DNA from: Candidatus Iainarchaeum sp. | GTDB taxonomy: Archaea > Iainarchaeota > Iainarchaeia > Iainarchaeales > GCA-2688035 | DNA: 17,286 bases | Assembly (NCBI GenBank): GCA_028713935.1 | Contig: JAQTNI010000030.1 | Span: 1-17,286 of the forward strand | Reading direction: 5' to 3' | Shown: positions 15,891-17,286 of the stretch, one piece after another | How the letters are laid out: each line of letters begins with the position of its first letter | Numbering within the stretch: the stretch's first letter is position 1 | The notes under the pieces: generated by a model | Seen by the model: the letters and a program-made list of their open reading frames with translations, nothing else | Database searches by the model: none | What the model was told of the DNA's origin: nothing | Position numbers and translations under genes: made by a program

Positions 15891-16946
15891 TCAGTAGTTT
15901 ATCTTAAGCAAAAACATTGCAAACACGATTATGCTTATTGCTGCCTGGATTGCCAGGATTCTTATTACAACTTGTTTTTCATTGAAATTCCCGAGTTTCA
16001 TTATTACATGGGTAAGGGAACCGCTTTTTTTTCCAGGCGCTTTAAGAATGCCGTTTTTTTGCGGGATTCCAAAAGATTCAACCTGCATTTTGTATCTCGC
16101 CTTGAGAAGCAATTCCACAAAGAAAAGCGCCATCAGCAAAACCCCGATTTTTTCCATGTTGCCGAGAATGACAATTGTTGCTATTCCGGCTCCAATCATG
16201 AGAGTAAGGCTGTCTCCTCCAAAAACTCTTGCGGGAAACCAATTGTAACGCAAAAAAGCGATTAATGCGCCAAGCATTGCGGCTGCAATTATTGTTGATT
16301 CAATCTGCCCGTATAAAAAGGAAATTATTAACAGAGTCAATGCAATTATTGCCCCTAATCCCGCTTCCAGGCCATTTAAGCCTGCGAGCATGTTTGTTGC
16401 ATTGCTTGCCCCTGTCACTCCTATCGGCACAAGGAACAGGGAATACACCACGCCGAATGAAACAAGCCCGAAAAATGGAATCAGGAATTCGTTTGGCAGC
16501 AGGCCAAGAAAAGGGATTTTTATTGCGGGATTCCCAATTTTTATTGCCATGAGCGGAAGCGCGGCAAACAGGGGAATAAGCGCGTGCTGCCATTGCCTTA
16601 TCCCGTCTTTCCATCCGATCAGGTCATCTATCACGCCTAAAAAGCAAACCAAAAAAATTGTTGCAAAACCCGCTAGCAGGTATGTCAAATTGAATTCAAT
16701 CCAGTGAAGATAAGTGGAGAAAAAAATTGCAAGCATTATTGCAAAGGATATTCCAAGCCAGACAGGAATTCCGCCAAGCTCAGCGATTTCAGGCCTGCCA
16801 GCCTTGTTCAGGTCTTTTCCAGTCATGCCCCTTTTTTTCATCCTTTCTATCCAGAGGGGCAACACATAATTTGTAATCAGAAAAGACGCTATTATTGCAG
16901 TTACTATCACAATTAAAAATAGTTTCAAAAAAAACACTCCTTTCAA
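15891..16946 (-). CDS. aglH: UDP-GlcNAc:dolichyl-phosphate GlcNAc-1-phosphate transferase (Alg7/AglH type, Glycos_transf_4 family)
   Basis: 351-aa polytopic ORF with MTGKDLNK after TM1, VIDDLIGW, and NATNMLAGLNGLEAG, which is the archaeal/eukaryotic GPT block (bacterial WecA/MraY have DG-x-DGL here). There is no ATG at the N-terminus. Candidate starts are TTG 16946 and TTG 16928; the latter lies 8 nt after an AAGGAG site. Confidence 0.85.
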   Translation of the reverse strand: MKGVFFLKLFLIVIVTAIIASFLITNYVLPLWIERMKKRGMTGKDLNKAGRPEIAELGGIPVWLGISFAIMLAIFFSTYLHWIEFNLTYLLAGFATIFLVCFLGVIDDLIGWKDGIRQWQHALIPLFAALPLMAIKIGNPAIKIPFLGLLPNEFLIPFFGLVSFGVVYSLFLVPIGVTGASNATNMLAGLNGLEAGLGAIIALTLLIISFLYGQIESTIIAAAMLGALIAFLRYNWFPARVFGGDSLTLMIGAGIATIVILGNMEKIGVLLMALFFVELLLKARYKMQVESFGIPQKNGILKAPGKKSGSLTHVIMKLGNFNEKQVVIRILAIQAAISIIVFAMFLLKINY

Positions 16947-16955
16947 GAAGCCAGG

Positions 16956-17102
16956 TTATGTTTTTGCCAAAGCCTGTGCAATGGCATCTTTTTTTATTCT
17001 AAATATTTTTATGCCTTCTTTTGCATAAGATTGTTCAAAAAGCTTCATTGCTTCTGTTTCATTGAACCAGAGCCTTGCAGCCATGCTGTTGTTGCATCCA
17101 TT
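16956..17102 (-). pseudogene. 3'-terminal fragment of a CDS. 48 codons are open, 42 from an internal Met. The upstream part is cut off at the compositional break near 17100.
   Basis: Hand translation of the minus strand gives (stop at 17103-17105) NGCNNSMAARLWFNETEAMKLFEQSYAKEGIKIFRIKKDAIAQALAKT (stop at 16956-16958). It ends 9 nt before the AglH ORF, which is the spacing expected for an operon member. It is below the track length cut-off. It could alternatively be a genuine 42-aa protein starting at ATG 17084. Confidence 0.35.
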
Positions 17103-17286
17103 CTAGGCGCAGGATAAACTTTCAGCGATCGAATGACCCCTGGATGCAACGCTTTGGAGGGATCAAATGCAGTGTTAGCCAGCCCAGACGATGGAATGTC
17201 CATATAAATGATGGACCCCCCATATAATCGAGCCCATTACAACCCCAGCATTAAATGCCGCTTGACATTTAGACGCTGTTCAGCCT
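17103..17286. other. Compositionally foreign terminal segment. It is higher in G+C, has no A/T homopolymers, and has no long ORF in any frame.
   Basis: By hand count, 90 of 186 nt are G+C (48%) in 17101-17286, against 65 of 180 (36%) in 16921-17100. The longest A/T run here is 3 nt, while runs of 7-9 occur throughout the rest of the window. It contains a C6 run (17216-17221) and nested hairpins: atgga/tccat/atgga at 17191-17215 and gtccat-ataaatg-atggac at 17198-17216. Minus-strand stops occur in all three frames. Confidence 0.5.

Noticed and set aside
15404-16265. 125-aa and 189-aa plus-strand ORFs overlapping the Alg14-like and AglH genes
   Set aside because: They are antisense to two motif-supported genes in a tightly coupled operon. 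There is no independent signal, so they are shadow ORFs. The same reasoning applies to the other short antisense ORFs in the track.
17045-17203. 52-aa minus-strand ORF (MDIPSSGLANTAFDPSKALHPGVIRSLKVYPAPRMDATTAWLQGSGSMKQKQ) crossing the compositional junction
   Set aside because: It is short, has no ribosome site, overlaps the other-frame C-terminal fragment, and has no recognisable motif. A frameshifted continuation of the truncated gene is conceivable but cannot be shown by eye.
17103-17286. tRNA, rRNA terminus or C/D-box sRNA in the G+C-richer terminal segment
   Set aside because: I could not build a 7-bp acceptor stem or a T-arm (GTTCRAATC-like) on either strand. There is no match to 16S or 5S terminal motifs that I know. 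There is an AUGAUGG C-box-like word but no correctly spaced CUGA D boxes. A structured RNA remains possible but is unsupported.
1-17286. CRISPR arrays, tandem repeat arrays, IS elements, integrases, toxin-antitoxin or known defence genes
   Set aside because: I saw no regularly spaced direct repeats, no terminal inverted repeats flanking a transposase-like ORF, and no recombinase, nuclease or ATPase motifs in any ORF. Apart from the terminal segment from about 17100 onward, the window is continuous glycan-biosynthesis coding sequence.

Overview
This window is an AT-rich, almost fully coding 17.3-kb surface-glycan biosynthesis island. G+C is about 36% where I hand-counted. It most likely comes from a small-genome, DPANN-like archaeon (inference). 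Two things support that. The GlcNAc-1-P transferase carries the archaeal/eukaryotic N-x-x-N-x-LAG-x-NGLE-x-G block rather than the bacterial DG-x-DGL block. Operon-first genes also have TATA-like boxes about 30 nt upstream and no Shine-Dalgarno, while internal genes have GGAG/GGTG sites or overlapping stop/start codons.

There are five transcription blocks:
(i) Minus strand, 5183 to 1: SAM methyltransferase, radical SAM/SPASM-like enzyme, SDR epimerase, GT2, second SDR epimerase, and an edge-truncated DegT-type sugar aminotransferase that the ORF track misses.
(ii) Plus strand, 5258-6403: a GT-B (GT4-like) transferase.
(iii) Minus strand, 8052 to 6400: a GT2 followed by an unclassifiable Arg-rich 262-aa protein.
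(iv) Plus strand, 8165-12793: two paralogous cobalamin-domain (class B) radical SAM enzymes, translationally coupled to a 604-aa GT-C membrane transferase.
(v) Minus strand, 16946 to 12815: Alg7/AglH-like, Alg14-like, Alg13-like, a GT-C protein and a Dpm1-like GT2.

Five things deserve a second look:
- the class B radical SAM pair joined to a GT-C;
- the orphan 262-aa gene;
- the eukaryote-like Alg7/14/13 module;
- a relic copy of the SPASM gene 3' end next to a perfect homopurine/homopyrimidine palindrome;
- an abrupt compositional break at about 17100 that coincides with truncation of an upstream ORF.

I could not support any rRNA, tRNA, CRISPR array, transposase or integrase. All family calls rest on motifs read by eye. 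No database search was possible.
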